From positions 1-60,264 of the forward strand of contig JBGGMJ010000062.1 in the NCBI GenBank assembly GCA_041288095.1: a stretch of DNA of 60,264 nt. The letters are read 5' to 3'. Made by a program: the position numbers and the translations under genes. The notes under the pieces were generated by a model. The model worked only from the letters and a program-made list of their open reading frames with translations, was not told where the DNA came from and did not search any database. This DNA comes from Myxococcota bacterium (GTDB lineage Bacteria; Myxococcota; XYA12-FULL-58-9; JALHOP01). This document shows, one piece after another, positions 20,459-30,049 of this stretch. Each line of letters starts with the position of its first letter. Within the stretch, counting starts at the first letter, position 1.

Positions 20459-21577
20459 ATGACGACTGAGCCGGTCCCGTTCCTCGACCTCTCACGCCCC
20501 CACCAAGCGCTCGCCGCGTCCTTGGCCGACGGTTTCGCGGAAGCCGTCCGAACCACCGGCTTCATCGGCGGCCCCCGCGTGGAAACCTTCGAAGCCGACT
20601 TCGCCCGCTTCTGCGGCGCCGAGAAGTGCATCGGCGTCGCCAACGGTACCGACGCGCTCTTCATCGCCCTCAAGGCCCTTGGCGTCGGCCCCGGCGACGT
20701 CGTGCTCGTGCCGTCCTTTACCTTCGTCGCCACCGCCGAAGCAGTCAGCATCCTCGGCGCGACCCCGCGCTTCGTCGAGGTCGACCCGCACACCTTCACC
20801 ATCACCGCCGACACGCTCGCCAAAGCGGACGCGACCAACGTCAAGGCGGTCATCCCCGTCCACCTGTTCGGCCAATGCGCCGACATGCAGCCGATCATGA
20901 CCCTGGCCAAGAAACACGGCTGGAGAGTGCTCGAGGACGCCGCCCAAGCGCACGGCGCCACCGATCAGGGCCGCGCCGCCGGAGCGCTCGGTGATCTCGC
21001 CGCCTTCTCTTTCTACCCGACGAAGAACCTCGGTGCGATCGGCGACGCCGGTGCCATCACCGGTCCCAGCGGCGAAACGCTCGAGCGCGCCCGCCGTCTC
21101 GCGAACCACGGCCGGCTCGGCCGCTACGAGCACGCGGAGCCCGGCTTCAACAGCCGTCTCGACTCCATTCAGGCGATGGCGCTCAGCCTCAAGCTCCGCC
21201 ACCTCAATGATTGGAATGCTCGCCGCGGGGCTATCGCGGCCATGTACGACGAGCGCCTGAAGGAAGCCGGCGTGATTACGCCGTCTGTCCGTAATAGCGC
21301 ATCACACGTCTATCACCTCTACGTCATCCAGGTGGAACAGCGTGAGCGCCTCCAGAAAGCCCTCGACGCCGACCGCATCGGCCACGGCGTCCATTACGGC
21401 TTGCCTCTGCACTTGCAGCCGGCCTACGCCGGATCCGGGCAGGGGAAGGGCGCCTTGCCCATCACCGAGCGTGTCGCCGAGCGCGTCCTGTCGTTGCCGA
21501 TGTTCCCAGAGCTGTCCGAATCACAAGTCGATCGCGTAGTGCGCGTCGTGCGCGCGCATGCACGCGCCGGGAGCTAG
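20459..21577 (+). CDS. DegT/DnrJ/EryC1/StrS aminotransferase
   Basis: NGTDAL, PVHLFG, EDAAQAHG, SFYPTKNLG and NSRLD motifs. Confidence 0.92.
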   Translation: MTTEPVPFLDLSRPHQALAASLADGFAEAVRTTGFIGGPRVETFEADFARFCGAEKCIGVANGTDALFIALKALGVGPGDVVLVPSFTFVATAEAVSILGATPRFVEVDPHTFTITADTLAKADATNVKAVIPVHLFGQCADMQPIMTLAKKHGWRVLEDAAQAHGATDQGRAAGALGDLAAFSFYPTKNLGAIGDAGAITGPSGETLERARRLANHGRLGRYEHAEPGFNSRLDSIQAMALSLKLRHLNDWNARRGAIAAMYDERLKEAGVITPSVRNSASHVYHLYVIQVEQRERLQKALDADRIGHGVHYGLPLHLQPAYAGSGQGKGALPITERVAERVLSLPMFPELSESQVDRVVRVVRAHARAGS

Positions 21578-21580
21578 TCC

Positions 21581-22582
21581 ATGGCTAAGATTGCCATCGT
21601 GGGTGCCGGTTTCTGGGGTCCGAACCTCGTCCGTTCGTTCGCGGCGCAGCGTGCCTGCGCGGAGCTCACGGTCTGCGACAAGGACGCCTCGCGGCTCGAG
21701 TGGATCGGGTCGCGGTTTCCCCAAGTCAAGCTGACGGGAGACTTCGACGCCGTCTTGAAGAGCAACGTCGACGGCATCGTGCTCGCGACACCGGTCACCA
21801 CCCACTACGAGCTCGCGCGCCGCGCCCTCGATGCCGGCAAACACGTCTTCGTCGAGAAGCCGCTTTGCCAATCGGTCGAAGAGGCCCGCCGTCTCGTCGA
21901 TCAAGCCGAACGTGCTGGCCGCCACCTCATGGTTGGTCACACTCTCGAGTACAGCCCGGCCGTCGCGAAGGTCGGCGAGCTCATCCGCGGCGGCGAGCTC
22001 GGCAAGATTTTCTTCATGTCGAGCCAGCGCGTGAACCTCGGGGTCTCGCGCCCCAACACCAGCGTTGTTTGGGAGCTCGCGCCGCACGACTTTTCGATCC
22101 TCTTCAACTGGCTCGACGAGGCTCCGACCATGATCGCCGCGGTAGGCAAGGACTACTCGCGGCGCGGCGTCACCGACGTGGCCTTCATCTCCATCGAGTT
22201 CGGCTCGGGCGTCGTCGCTCACCTCGAGGTGAGCTGGCTCGCGCCCTCGAAGCTGCGCCGCACCACCGTCGTTGGTGACAAGAAGATGGTCGTCTACGAC
22301 GACATGGAAGCCGTCGAGAAGGTGCGCATTTACGACCGCGGCAGCGATCCCAAGGAGCACGAGAGCTTCGGCGAGTTCCAGATGTCGCAGCGTACCGGTG
22401 ACATCCTGGTGCCGCGTCTGGCGACGGACGAGCCGATCATGCTGCAGACCGCCGAGTTCCTGCAGGTGGTCGATCAAGGCCGCCGGCCGCGCACCGATGG
22501 GCGCAACGGCCTACGTGTCGTGGAAGCGCTCGCCGCGGCGACCCACAGCCTCGAAGAAGGCGGCGTCCCGGTGCGCCTCTAG
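21581..22582 (+). CDS. Gfo/Idh/MocA oxidoreductase
   Basis: IVGAGFWG, HVFVEKP and ELAPHD motifs. Confidence 0.9.
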   Translation: MAKIAIVGAGFWGPNLVRSFAAQRACAELTVCDKDASRLEWIGSRFPQVKLTGDFDAVLKSNVDGIVLATPVTTHYELARRALDAGKHVFVEKPLCQSVEEARRLVDQAERAGRHLMVGHTLEYSPAVAKVGELIRGGELGKIFFMSSQRVNLGVSRPNTSVVWELAPHDFSILFNWLDEAPTMIAAVGKDYSRRGVTDVAFISIEFGSGVVAHLEVSWLAPSKLRRTTVVGDKKMVVYDDMEAVEKVRIYDRGSDPKEHESFGEFQMSQRTGDILVPRLATDEPIMLQTAEFLQVVDQGRRPRTDGRNGLRVVEALAAATHSLEEGGVPVRL

Positions 22583-22587
22583 CACCG

Positions 22588-25365
22588 CTACTGCGTCTTG
22601 GCCGCCGTGTTCACCGGCGCTTGCTGCACCTTGATGGTGCCGAGGAACTTCTCCGCGCTCTCGCGTTGACTGTTCGCCATCGCGGCGCACGCGGCGATGG
22701 TGTCCTTGGCGAGCGTCAGCGACCGTGGACCGCCGGCGATCGAGCCGAGGCGCGGCGCGAAAAAAGCGTCGACGCTCTCGACGGCCTCCGGGCTGCAAAG
22801 TGTCTCGACGTGTTGGGGCAGGACCGACTGCTCGGCCAGGCTCGCGCGCGCCAGGAAGGCGGCGAAGTTCGTTTGCAGCCACTTCCACGCCTGCTCGCGG
22901 GTCTCACGATGCGCGGCGATGGGCTTGAACAGCCGCTGCAGCTCGTTGATCCGCAGCCGCGGGTCGAGCAGCAGGGCCAAGCTCTTGTCGGCGAGCGCCG
23001 GGTCGCGCGTGTCGGCGAGACCGTGGACGATCTCACGGCGCAGCACCGGGTCCGTCACGGTGGCGAGCATATTCGCGGCGCGCTCGTGCGTCGGTGGACC
23101 GCCGGCGTCGATGGCGGCACCGAGGGCGACCGCCAGCATGTCGGGCTCGATGATCTTGCCGAGCGGCTGGCCCTGCTCGAGCGCCTGCAGGGCCTGCTCG
23201 CCGCGCTTGGCGGCCTCCAGGCGCACCGCCGGATCGCGAGCGACGTTGGTGAGAAACCCAGCGACCTTTACGCGCGTCAGGTGAGCTTCGTCGCTCTCCT
23301 TGGTGGGTACGACGAAGATGCCGCCGGCTCGTCGCTTGTAGAGATCACGTCCAAGGACCTCCGCGTTGGTTACGAGATGGGGCGGGGCGATGTCGTCGCG
23401 CACGACCTCGACCATGCTCATGGCGATGCCGGCGACGCGGCTGTCCGCTGAAGGCGACAAGGTCGTGGCGAATCGCAAGGCCGCCGCAGCCGAGACACCG
23501 CCGCTCCGCAGGCCGGCGAGGAGGTTGTTGGCGAGAGAGACGATCTCGGCGGCCTCGAGCTTGCGCACGGTCGCGGCGTACACCAAGGCGTCGAGCGAGG
23601 CGTTGTCCATGGTGAAGCGGTAGTAGCCGCCACCGCGCGCGTTGGGCATCAGCCAGCTCGGGCAGCCGCGCCCGGAGACGGTGACGTTGATCTCGGGCTT
23701 GTCGAGCATCCAGCATTCCTGGCGAGCACTGGCGCCACCGCTCTCGTAGCGCACGCAAACAGGAATCTGCCAAGCGCGGTCCGCTCCCTCGGTGACGCCC
23801 AAGGGCAGGGCGCGTGATTGCTTGATGGAGAGGCGAGCCGCGGCTCCGGCGTTGCAACGCACGTTGGTCTCGAGGAGCGGCAAGCCGCCTTGCTCGATGA
23901 ACCCACGCATGGCGCCGATGACGTCCTTGCCGGTTGCCTCGGTCAAGGAAGTGAAGAAGTCGTCCGCTGTAGCGGTTGCGAAGCGGAACTTGTTCAGGTG
24001 GAGCTGCACCGCTTTGCGAAATGGATCGGCGCCGAGGAAGCTCTCGAACATCGACAAGACGCCCATGCCCTTCTGGTAGGTGATGGCGTCGAAGGCGTTG
24101 AAGATGTCGTCGTTGGTGGTCACGGGCTGCCGCACTTGGCGGGCCGAGGGCAGCCAATCGTCTTCCATCGCGTGGTGCACGGCGTGGACGCGGTCGAGGT
24201 TCGCGCCTAGGGCCGGATTCCAAGCCTGGACGACACGGTGGCCCATCCAGCTGGCGAAGGCTTCGTTGAGCCAGATGTCGTCCCACCAGGCGGGCGTAAC
24301 GATGTTGCCGAACCACATGTGCGCGAGCTCGTGCGCGATCACGTAGGCGCTCTCGCGGCGTTGCAGAACGGTGGCGGTCGCGGGGTCGAGCACGAGGAAG
24401 AAATCGCGGAAGGTGACGGCGCCGACGTTCTCCATGGCGCCGTAAGCAAAGTCGGGCACCGCGATCACATCGAGCTTGCCGAACGGATAGCCGATGCCGA
24501 AGTAGGTCTCGAGCGCGGTGACGAGCTGGGCCGTCGTCTGGAGCGATTCCTTGAGGCCTGGACCCTTGCCCTTCACGGCGATGCCCCGCAGCGGCAGAGG
24601 CTCGGCGCGCGCGGCATTGGCCGGCACCTTGCCGCCATCGACGACGTCGAAATCACCGACCGCGAACGTGATGAGGTACGTTGGTAGCTTCTCGGTGACC
24701 TTGAAGCGCGTGGTCTTGAGCGTGCCGTGCTCTTGCTCGGCCGCGATAGCGGTCGTGCTCACCGCGACGTGCTCGCGCCGCGTGATCAAGGTGATGTCGA
24801 ACGGTGTCTTGAAGCGTGGCTCGTCGAAGCTGGGGAAGCACAGCCGCGCCGAAATGGGCTCGAACTGCGCGAAGGCGTATCGCTGGTCCTGCGCGGAGAC
24901 CGTGTAGAGTCCTTCGAGATTACCGCCGTAGGTGGCTTCGTAGCCGAACGAGAGCACCACCTCTTGCGGCTCGATGGTGTGCTCGAAGCCCACGAACGCG
25001 AGGCCCTTGCCTGGGATCTCCTGATAGCGGACGGGGTGGAGCTTGCCGTCGGCCAGCTTGACGCTGGCGGTCGCGACCCGAAGTCCACGGCCGTGCAGCC
25101 AGATGTGGTCGCGCGGCTCCTCGAGCTTGACGGTGATGCTGACGTTGCCGGCGAAGGCGTCGCGATCAGGATCGATTGTCAGCTCGATGGCGTAGGCGAG
25201 CGGCGTCGCGTAGCTCGGGAGCTTACCGTTCGGCGCGCCCCGAGTGTCGAGGATCGCATCGGCCGGCCTGTGTCCGTCCGCTTGAGCGGTGGTCTGCTTC
25301 GACGAGCTGCACGCCGCTGCCGCGAAAACGAGCGACAAGCCGGCGACGATAGTGCTGCGACGCAT
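22588..25365 (-). CDS. M1 family aminopeptidase, lipoprotein
   Basis: Lipobox AAAAC, GAMEN, HELAH-x18-E (WLNEAF) and an ERAP1-C-like tail. Start moved to ATG 25365. Confidence 0.9.
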   Translation of the reverse strand: MRRSTIVAGLSLVFAAAACSSSKQTTAQADGHRPADAILDTRGAPNGKLPSYATPLAYAIELTIDPDRDAFAGNVSITVKLEEPRDHIWLHGRGLRVATASVKLADGKLHPVRYQEIPGKGLAFVGFEHTIEPQEVVLSFGYEATYGGNLEGLYTVSAQDQRYAFAQFEPISARLCFPSFDEPRFKTPFDITLITRREHVAVSTTAIAAEQEHGTLKTTRFKVTEKLPTYLITFAVGDFDVVDGGKVPANAARAEPLPLRGIAVKGKGPGLKESLQTTAQLVTALETYFGIGYPFGKLDVIAVPDFAYGAMENVGAVTFRDFFLVLDPATATVLQRRESAYVIAHELAHMWFGNIVTPAWWDDIWLNEAFASWMGHRVVQAWNPALGANLDRVHAVHHAMEDDWLPSARQVRQPVTTNDDIFNAFDAITYQKGMGVLSMFESFLGADPFRKAVQLHLNKFRFATATADDFFTSLTEATGKDVIGAMRGFIEQGGLPLLETNVRCNAGAAARLSIKQSRALPLGVTEGADRAWQIPVCVRYESGGASARQECWMLDKPEINVTVSGRGCPSWLMPNARGGGYYRFTMDNASLDALVYAATVRKLEAAEIVSLANNLLAGLRSGGVSAAAALRFATTLSPSADSRVAGIAMSMVEVVRDDIAPPHLVTNAEVLGRDLYKRRAGGIFVVPTKESDEAHLTRVKVAGFLTNVARDPAVRLEAAKRGEQALQALEQGQPLGKIIEPDMLAVALGAAIDAGGPPTHERAANMLATVTDPVLRREIVHGLADTRDPALADKSLALLLDPRLRINELQRLFKPIAAHRETREQAWKWLQTNFAAFLARASLAEQSVLPQHVETLCSPEAVESVDAFFAPRLGSIAGGPRSLTLAKDTIAACAAMANSQRESAEKFLGTIKVQQAPVNTAAKTQ

Positions 25366-25447
25366 GTAATCGTACCCCCGGGACACGTTCCCCAGGCGGC
25401 TCGATAACAAGCACGACGGCGGCGGACAAGCACGGCCGGAGCGCGTA

Positions 25448-26482
25448 TCAGGCCGGCCGGAGATGCCCTTTGGCGGCCGCCAGGGCGTGGCCGCAGAGCT
25501 TGTAGAGGATGCGGGCGCCGACATTTCCGTCCCATTGCTCGGCGAGATCCGGGCTGCTTGCGACTTCGACCAAGTCGAACCCCACGAGGCGCCTGCCGCT
25601 CGCGCGAATGGCACCCAGCAAGGCGGTGGCGGCGTGGAACGACATGCCGCCCGGGACGGGAGTGCCGGTGTTCGGGCAGAGCGCCGGGTCCAAGCCGTCG
25701 ATGTCGAACGAGACGTACACGTCTTCGGGGAGCTCGCCGATGATGCGGTCGACCAGCTTCGCGAACGGCAGGCCCGCGTGCGCGTGCGCCGCCATCGCGA
25801 AATCGGTGAACGCTACTTGCCGCCCGCTGGAGCGGTCGATGATGCCCATTTCGCTCTCGGCCACGTCGCGCAGGCCGACGTGCACCAGCTTCTTGGCGGG
25901 CAAGCGATGCACGACGTTGTGCATGATCGAGGCGTGCGACCACGCGAAGCCCTCGTAGGCGTCGCGTAGGTCCGCATGGGCGTCGACGTGCAGGATCCCC
26001 ATGTCGGGATAGCGCTCGAGATGGGCGCGGATGCAGCCGTACGGCGTCGAGTGATCGCCGCCGACGAGGCCGACGAGCTTGCCCCGGGCGAGCCAGGCTC
26101 GCGTCTCTTCGTACACCCACCGGTTCAACAGCTCGCCACAGCGATCGGCCTCGACACGCGCCACGGTCCTGTCTGTTTCAGCGGACGCGCCCCGGGCGGT
26201 GTCGACGGCGCGGCTTGCCTCGCCGTTCCAGCGCTCGATCTCGAGATTGGGCGGCAGCATGGCGATGCCGGCGGTGTAGGGACGGCCGGTCTCGAGGTCG
26301 AAGAGGTCGATTTGGTGGCTGGCGCGGAGGACGGCATCGGGACCAAAGCGGGTGCGTCGGCTGTAGCTCGCCGTCGCGTCGAACGGAACCGGGATGAGCA
26401 CGAGCCCAGCTTCGATCGGCGGCACATCGAGGCCGAAAATGCCGGAGCTCGCTGCGCTGGGTCCTTCGGGATCGAATGCCAT
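25448..26482 (-). CDS. speB: agmatinase (ureohydrolase family)
   Basis: GGDHS, HVDAHADLR and SFDIDGLDP..PNTGTPVPGG motifs. Confidence 0.85.
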   Translation of the reverse strand: MAFDPEGPSAASSGIFGLDVPPIEAGLVLIPVPFDATASYSRRTRFGPDAVLRASHQIDLFDLETGRPYTAGIAMLPPNLEIERWNGEASRAVDTARGASAETDRTVARVEADRCGELLNRWVYEETRAWLARGKLVGLVGGDHSTPYGCIRAHLERYPDMGILHVDAHADLRDAYEGFAWSHASIMHNVVHRLPAKKLVHVGLRDVAESEMGIIDRSSGRQVAFTDFAMAAHAHAGLPFAKLVDRIIGELPEDVYVSFDIDGLDPALCPNTGTPVPGGMSFHAATALLGAIRASGRRLVGFDLVEVASSPDLAEQWDGNVGARILYKLCGHALAAAKGHLRPA

Positions 26483-26534
26483 CGACAGGCACGGTAACTA
26501 GCGGCCGGGTAGGGCGCAATGCGAGAACCGGGCA

Positions 26535-27254
26535 GTGGAAATGCAGGTCACCCAGGATGCGATCTTCGCGGGACGGCTGCGCCTCTGGCAGCCGGCGCGC
26601 GGCGCGGGCTACCGCTTCAATCTCGATCCGATCCTACTCGCGGGCTTCGCGCGGCCGGCTGCGCACGTGCTCGAGCTCGGCGCGGGCTGCGGCGTCCTCG
26701 GGCTCGCCTTGTTGCACCTCGGGAAAGCCCGCCGCCTCACCGCCGTGGAGATTCAGCCGGAGATGGCGGAGCTGGTGGCGCGTAATGCCCGCGAAAACGG
26801 ACTCGAAGAAAGGGTCACGGTCCTCGCGGGAGATCTGCGCGGGCTCGCGCTACCGGCGGCTGATCACGTCGTGTTCAATCCTCCGTACTTTCGCGCCGGA
26901 GCCGGACGTGGGGCGCCGAACGACGCCCGCGACGTGGCTCGGCACGAGCGCCACGGCGGGTTGGCCGATTTCGTGGAACGCGCACGGTCGTGTCTTGGGC
27001 CCCTGGGGTTCGCGAGCGCCGTCGTCCCGATCGAGCGCGCGGCGGAGCTCACCGGGGCATGGAGCGGTCATGGGGGAGCGGTCCTCCGGCGGCGGAGCGT
27101 TTGCTCGCGCGCCGGCGATGCGCCGCGCCACCTTCTCTTCGAGGGCGGCATGAGCGCAGGCGCGACGGTCGAGGAGCCGGAGCTCGTCGTGCACCGCGAT
27201 GGCGTACGCGACTTCACCGACGAAGTCGCGGCCTGGGTCGAAGGAACGCCTTAG
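26535..27254 (+). CDS. tRNA1(Val) A37 N6-methyltransferase-like (TrmN6/YfiC family)
   Basis: GYRFNLDPILLA, LELGAGCG, FNPPYF and ARHE motifs. Confidence 0.8.
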   Translation: MEMQVTQDAIFAGRLRLWQPARGAGYRFNLDPILLAGFARPAAHVLELGAGCGVLGLALLHLGKARRLTAVEIQPEMAELVARNARENGLEERVTVLAGDLRGLALPAADHVVFNPPYFRAGAGRGAPNDARDVARHERHGGLADFVERARSCLGPLGFASAVVPIERAAELTGAWSGHGGAVLRRRSVCSRAGDAPRHLLFEGGMSAGATVEEPELVVHRDGVRDFTDEVAAWVEGTP

Positions 27255-28033
27255 CTAGCGGCCGGAGCCTGCGCCGGCTGCTGCGAGAGCTGCCGCACTT
27301 CCTGCTTGAAGGCTTCGATGGTCGCCTGTGCCTCGCGTTGCTCGACCTCTTCGGCCGCTCGCGAAGCCAGCGCCTTGGCGGCGTTCACGGCCGACCGTCC
27401 GAACAAGAAAGTGCCGAGCGCGGCCGCCGCGCCGACGCCGGCGGCGATCCAAGTCTGCGGCTCCGACAGCGCGGTGCCCGCGCTCATCAGGGCCACGCCG
27501 ACCGTCGAGGTCGCGATGGCCAAGGCCGCGCCGGTCACACCCGCCGAAACGAGAGTCGCCGCTGACTTGATGCCGACGCGCAGCTCCGAGGCCGCGTTGA
27601 GCAGCCACTGCGGCGCCGCGAGGCCAAGGCCGAGTCGCGGCACTTGCAGGGCGTTGCCGACCGCCTGGCGCAGGGTGTGAAGCGCATAGACGCCGGAGCC
27701 CGTGGCTAGCGCGGCGGTGACGCCGGTTGCCAACGTCAGGTTCGCTGGGAACTGCGTCAGGAGCCCCGCATCGATGGCGCCAGTGCCGAGGGCGTAGGCA
27801 ATCGCGGCGCTCGAGCCGGCGATGACGGCCGGGGCGATGATGTTGGCCACCGCCTGGCGTGAGCGGGTCGCGACCTCCGCGGCCGGCGGCTGCACCGGAA
27901 TCTGGACCGGCAGCTGCAGCTTCTGATCCGTGCGCAGGCCCAGCTCCAGGAGCGTGGCGCGCGGCACCTCGACCTGCTTGGTGATGAACTGCTGCTGCGG
28001 AGCGGACGGAGCGGTGGCGATTGCGTTGGACAT
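27251..28033 (-). CDS. hypothetical protein with Ala/Gly-rich hydrophobic helices and a C-terminal coiled coil
   Basis: Q/P-rich N-terminus without a signal peptide, about 4 hydrophobic segments, and typical high-GC codon usage. Confidence 0.7.
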   Translation of the reverse strand: MSNAIATAPSAPQQQFITKQVEVPRATLLELGLRTDQKLQLPVQIPVQPPAAEVATRSRQAVANIIAPAVIAGSSAAIAYALGTGAIDAGLLTQFPANLTLATGVTAALATGSGVYALHTLRQAVGNALQVPRLGLGLAAPQWLLNAASELRVGIKSAATLVSAGVTGAALAIATSTVGVALMSAGTALSEPQTWIAAGVGAAAALGTFLFGRSAVNAAKALASRAAEEVEQREAQATIEAFKQEVRQLSQQPAQAPAAS

Positions 28034-28041
28034 TTGCCCTA

Positions 28042-28068
28042 TCATCGGCGGGCCATTTTCGGGGTTGT
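28042..28068 (-). promoter_or_regulatory. sigma28/FliA-like promoter candidate
   Basis: The minus strand reads ACAAC-N14-GCCGATGA, 8 nt before ATG 28033. Confidence 0.5.
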
Positions 28069-28107
28069 GCCATTCGCCATGGCCGCCTGGCAGCGACGCG
28101 GGCCGGG

Positions 28108-28578
28108 CTATTTGTGCCGGTCGTAGCGGAGAGCTTTTTCCACGACCCGGGCGACCGCATCGCGCACGTCATCGTCCTTGATGGTGGAGGTGACGGTCTT
28201 CGCCGCCGCGAGATCGTCGCGGTGGGGCGCGGCCTTGGTCCAGGCGGGCTTCTCGGTCTTCACCGGCGCGTGCACGCGTCCTGTGACGATCTTGAGCTCC
28301 TTCACCATGTCGCCGCCGAGGGCTTTGTTGACCTTCGCGATGATGCCCTCGCGCAGGTAGACCAGCTCGTTCTGCCAGGCGGCGCTCGCGGCCTTCACGA
28401 TGAGGGTGCCGCGGCGAAAGGTGTCCGGCTCGGTGCGGTTCGCGATCTGCTCGCCGACGGCTTCGCGCCAGGCGCGGCTGATGGTGAGCCGGCGGGCGAC
28501 GTCGGTCAGCCCCAGTGTCTCGAACGCCTCCTGCAGCGCTTCCGACATGCCGGATGGAGGATTGTGGCGGCGACTCAC
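28108..28578 (-). CDS. DUF721 / DciA family protein
   Basis: WREAVGEQIANRTEP...LIVKAASAAWQNEL...IIAKVN pattern. Confidence 0.8.
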   Translation of the reverse strand: MSRRHNPPSGMSEALQEAFETLGLTDVARRLTISRAWREAVGEQIANRTEPDTFRRGTLIVKAASAAWQNELVYLREGIIAKVNKALGGDMVKELKIVTGRVHAPVKTEKPAWTKAAPHRDDLAAAKTVTSTIKDDDVRDAVARVVEKALRYDRHK

Positions 28579-28627
28579 TGGGACACCTTTAGCTCAGTGC
28601 GGGGCGTTTCGTCAGGGTTGCGAACGC

Positions 28628-28643
28628 ATAAGGAATGACTTAT
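28628..28643. promoter_or_regulatory. probable ArsR operator
   Basis: ATAAG-N6-CTTAT inverted repeat between TTGCGA (28618) and an AT-rich -10, 9 nt before the ArsR ATG. Confidence 0.6.
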
Positions 28644-28652
28644 ATATAGGCC

Positions 28653-28991
28653 ATGGATGACTCCGAGGTATTCCGAGCGCTCGCCCACCCAACCCGCAGG
28701 GCCGTGCTCACCTTGCTCGCCGACGGCGAGAAGACGGTCTCGCAGCTACATGCCGGCTTCGACATTTCGCAGCCGGCGATGTCGCAACACCTGGCGGCGC
28801 TGCGTGCCGCCGGGCTCGTGGCCGAGCGACGAGAGGGCCGCAACGCTTATTACCGCGCCGAGCCCGCCGGCATGGCGCCGCTCATGCAATTCGTCGAGCA
28901 GTACCTCGAGCAACACGTTGAACGCTATCGCGAACACTGGCCGAAGCAGCTCACCCGCTTGAAGGGTGTGCTCGCGAGGATGGACCAATGA
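28653..28991 (+). CDS. ArsR/SmtB family regulator
   Basis: FRALAHPTRR and ISQPAMSQHLAALRAAGLV motifs. Confidence 0.9.
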   Translation: MDDSEVFRALAHPTRRAVLTLLADGEKTVSQLHAGFDISQPAMSQHLAALRAAGLVAERREGRNAYYRAEPAGMAPLMQFVEQYLEQHVERYREHWPKQLTRLKGVLARMDQ

Positions 28992-29314
28992 GCGACGAAG
29001 CCGAAGTCACGAGCGAATGCGACATCGACGCGCCACCCGGGCGGGTGTACGAGGCGCTCACCGACCCCGAGCTCGTCGCCGAGTGGCTCGACGACGAGGT
29101 GCCCGGCATCGGTCCGGTCGAGCGGACGCTCGTCGAGGCAACACCCGAGAAGGTGCGCTACGCCCTGCACAGCGACGACGGCGAACGCGCGGTCGACAGC
29201 GAGGTCACCTTCACCCTGACGCCGACACCCGCCGGCGGCACCCGCGTGCGTCTCGTGCATGACGGCTTCATCGTCCGCGAGAGCGATCTGGTGGCGATGC
29301 GGAGGGCGGCGTGA
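28988..29314 (+). CDS. SRPBCC/AHSA1-like protein
   Basis: [21 protein letters not shown] and GGTRVRLVH motifs. Coupled to both neighbours. Confidence 0.8.
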   Translation: MSDEAEVTSECDIDAPPGRVYEALTDPELVAEWLDDEVPGIGPVERTLVEATPEKVRYALHSDDGERAVDSEVTFTLTPTPAGGTRVRLVHDGFIVRESDLVAMRRAA

Positions 29315-29934
29315 ACGGCCTCATTCCCATGGTCATCGAGCAATCGGCCCGCGGCGAGCGCTCCTTCGACATCTACTCGCGGCTCCTGCGCGAGCGCATC
29401 ATCTTCTTGAATGGTCCAATCGACGACAACGTCTCGGCTGTGGTTTGCGCGCAGCTTCTCTTCCTGGAGTCCGAGAACCCGAGCGAGGAGATCGCCATCT
29501 ACATCAACTCGCCGGGCGGCATGGTGACGAGCGGCCTCGCCATCTACGACACCATGCAGTTCGTGAAGCCGCCGGTGGCCACCGTTTGTGTCGGCACCGC
29601 GCGCTCGATGGGCTCGTTCCTGCTCATGCCGGGCGCCAAAGGCCGCCGTATGGCGCTCCCGAACGCGAGCGTCATGGTCCACCAGCCCTCGGGGGGCTTC
29701 CAGGGGCAAGCCTCCGACATCGCGCGCCACGCCGAGGATGTGTTGAAGACCAAACAGCGCCTGAACGCGCTCTACGCCAAGCACTGCGGTCACACCGCCG
29801 AAGAGGTCGAAAAGCTCCTCGATCGTGACCACTTCATGACGGCGGAAGAAGCCAAGGCCTGGGGCATCATCGACGGCATCTACGAGTCGCGCGCGGCGCT
29901 CGAAGCCGCTAGCCGAGCGGCGGCCGGTGGTTGA
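29311..29934 (+). CDS. clpP: ATP-dependent Clp protease proteolytic subunit
   Basis: [23 protein letters not shown] (Ser), MVHQP (His) and DRD (Asp) motifs. Confidence 0.93.
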   Translation: MNGLIPMVIEQSARGERSFDIYSRLLRERIIFLNGPIDDNVSAVVCAQLLFLESENPSEEIAIYINSPGGMVTSGLAIYDTMQFVKPPVATVCVGTARSMGSFLLMPGAKGRRMALPNASVMVHQPSGGFQGQASDIARHAEDVLKTKQRLNALYAKHCGHTAEEVEKLLDRDHFMTAEEAKAWGIIDGIYESRAALEAASRAAAGG

Positions 29935-30049
29935 CCCCCGAGGCACCCACCATGGAACACCCCCCGGTTGAATTTCCCGATCCGACCCGGCGGGTGAACT
30001 ATAGTTCCCTGGTCGTAGCGATCCGCCAATTGAGCCCCGAAGGGAGCCG

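Noticed and set aside
25366-25614. Extended N-termini in the ORF track (aminopeptidase to 25614, PstB to 52124, phosphatase to 5580, CCA from 38451, IhfB from 37367)
   Set aside because: The extensions overlap neighbouring genes. Internal starts give proper signal peptides or family N-termini.
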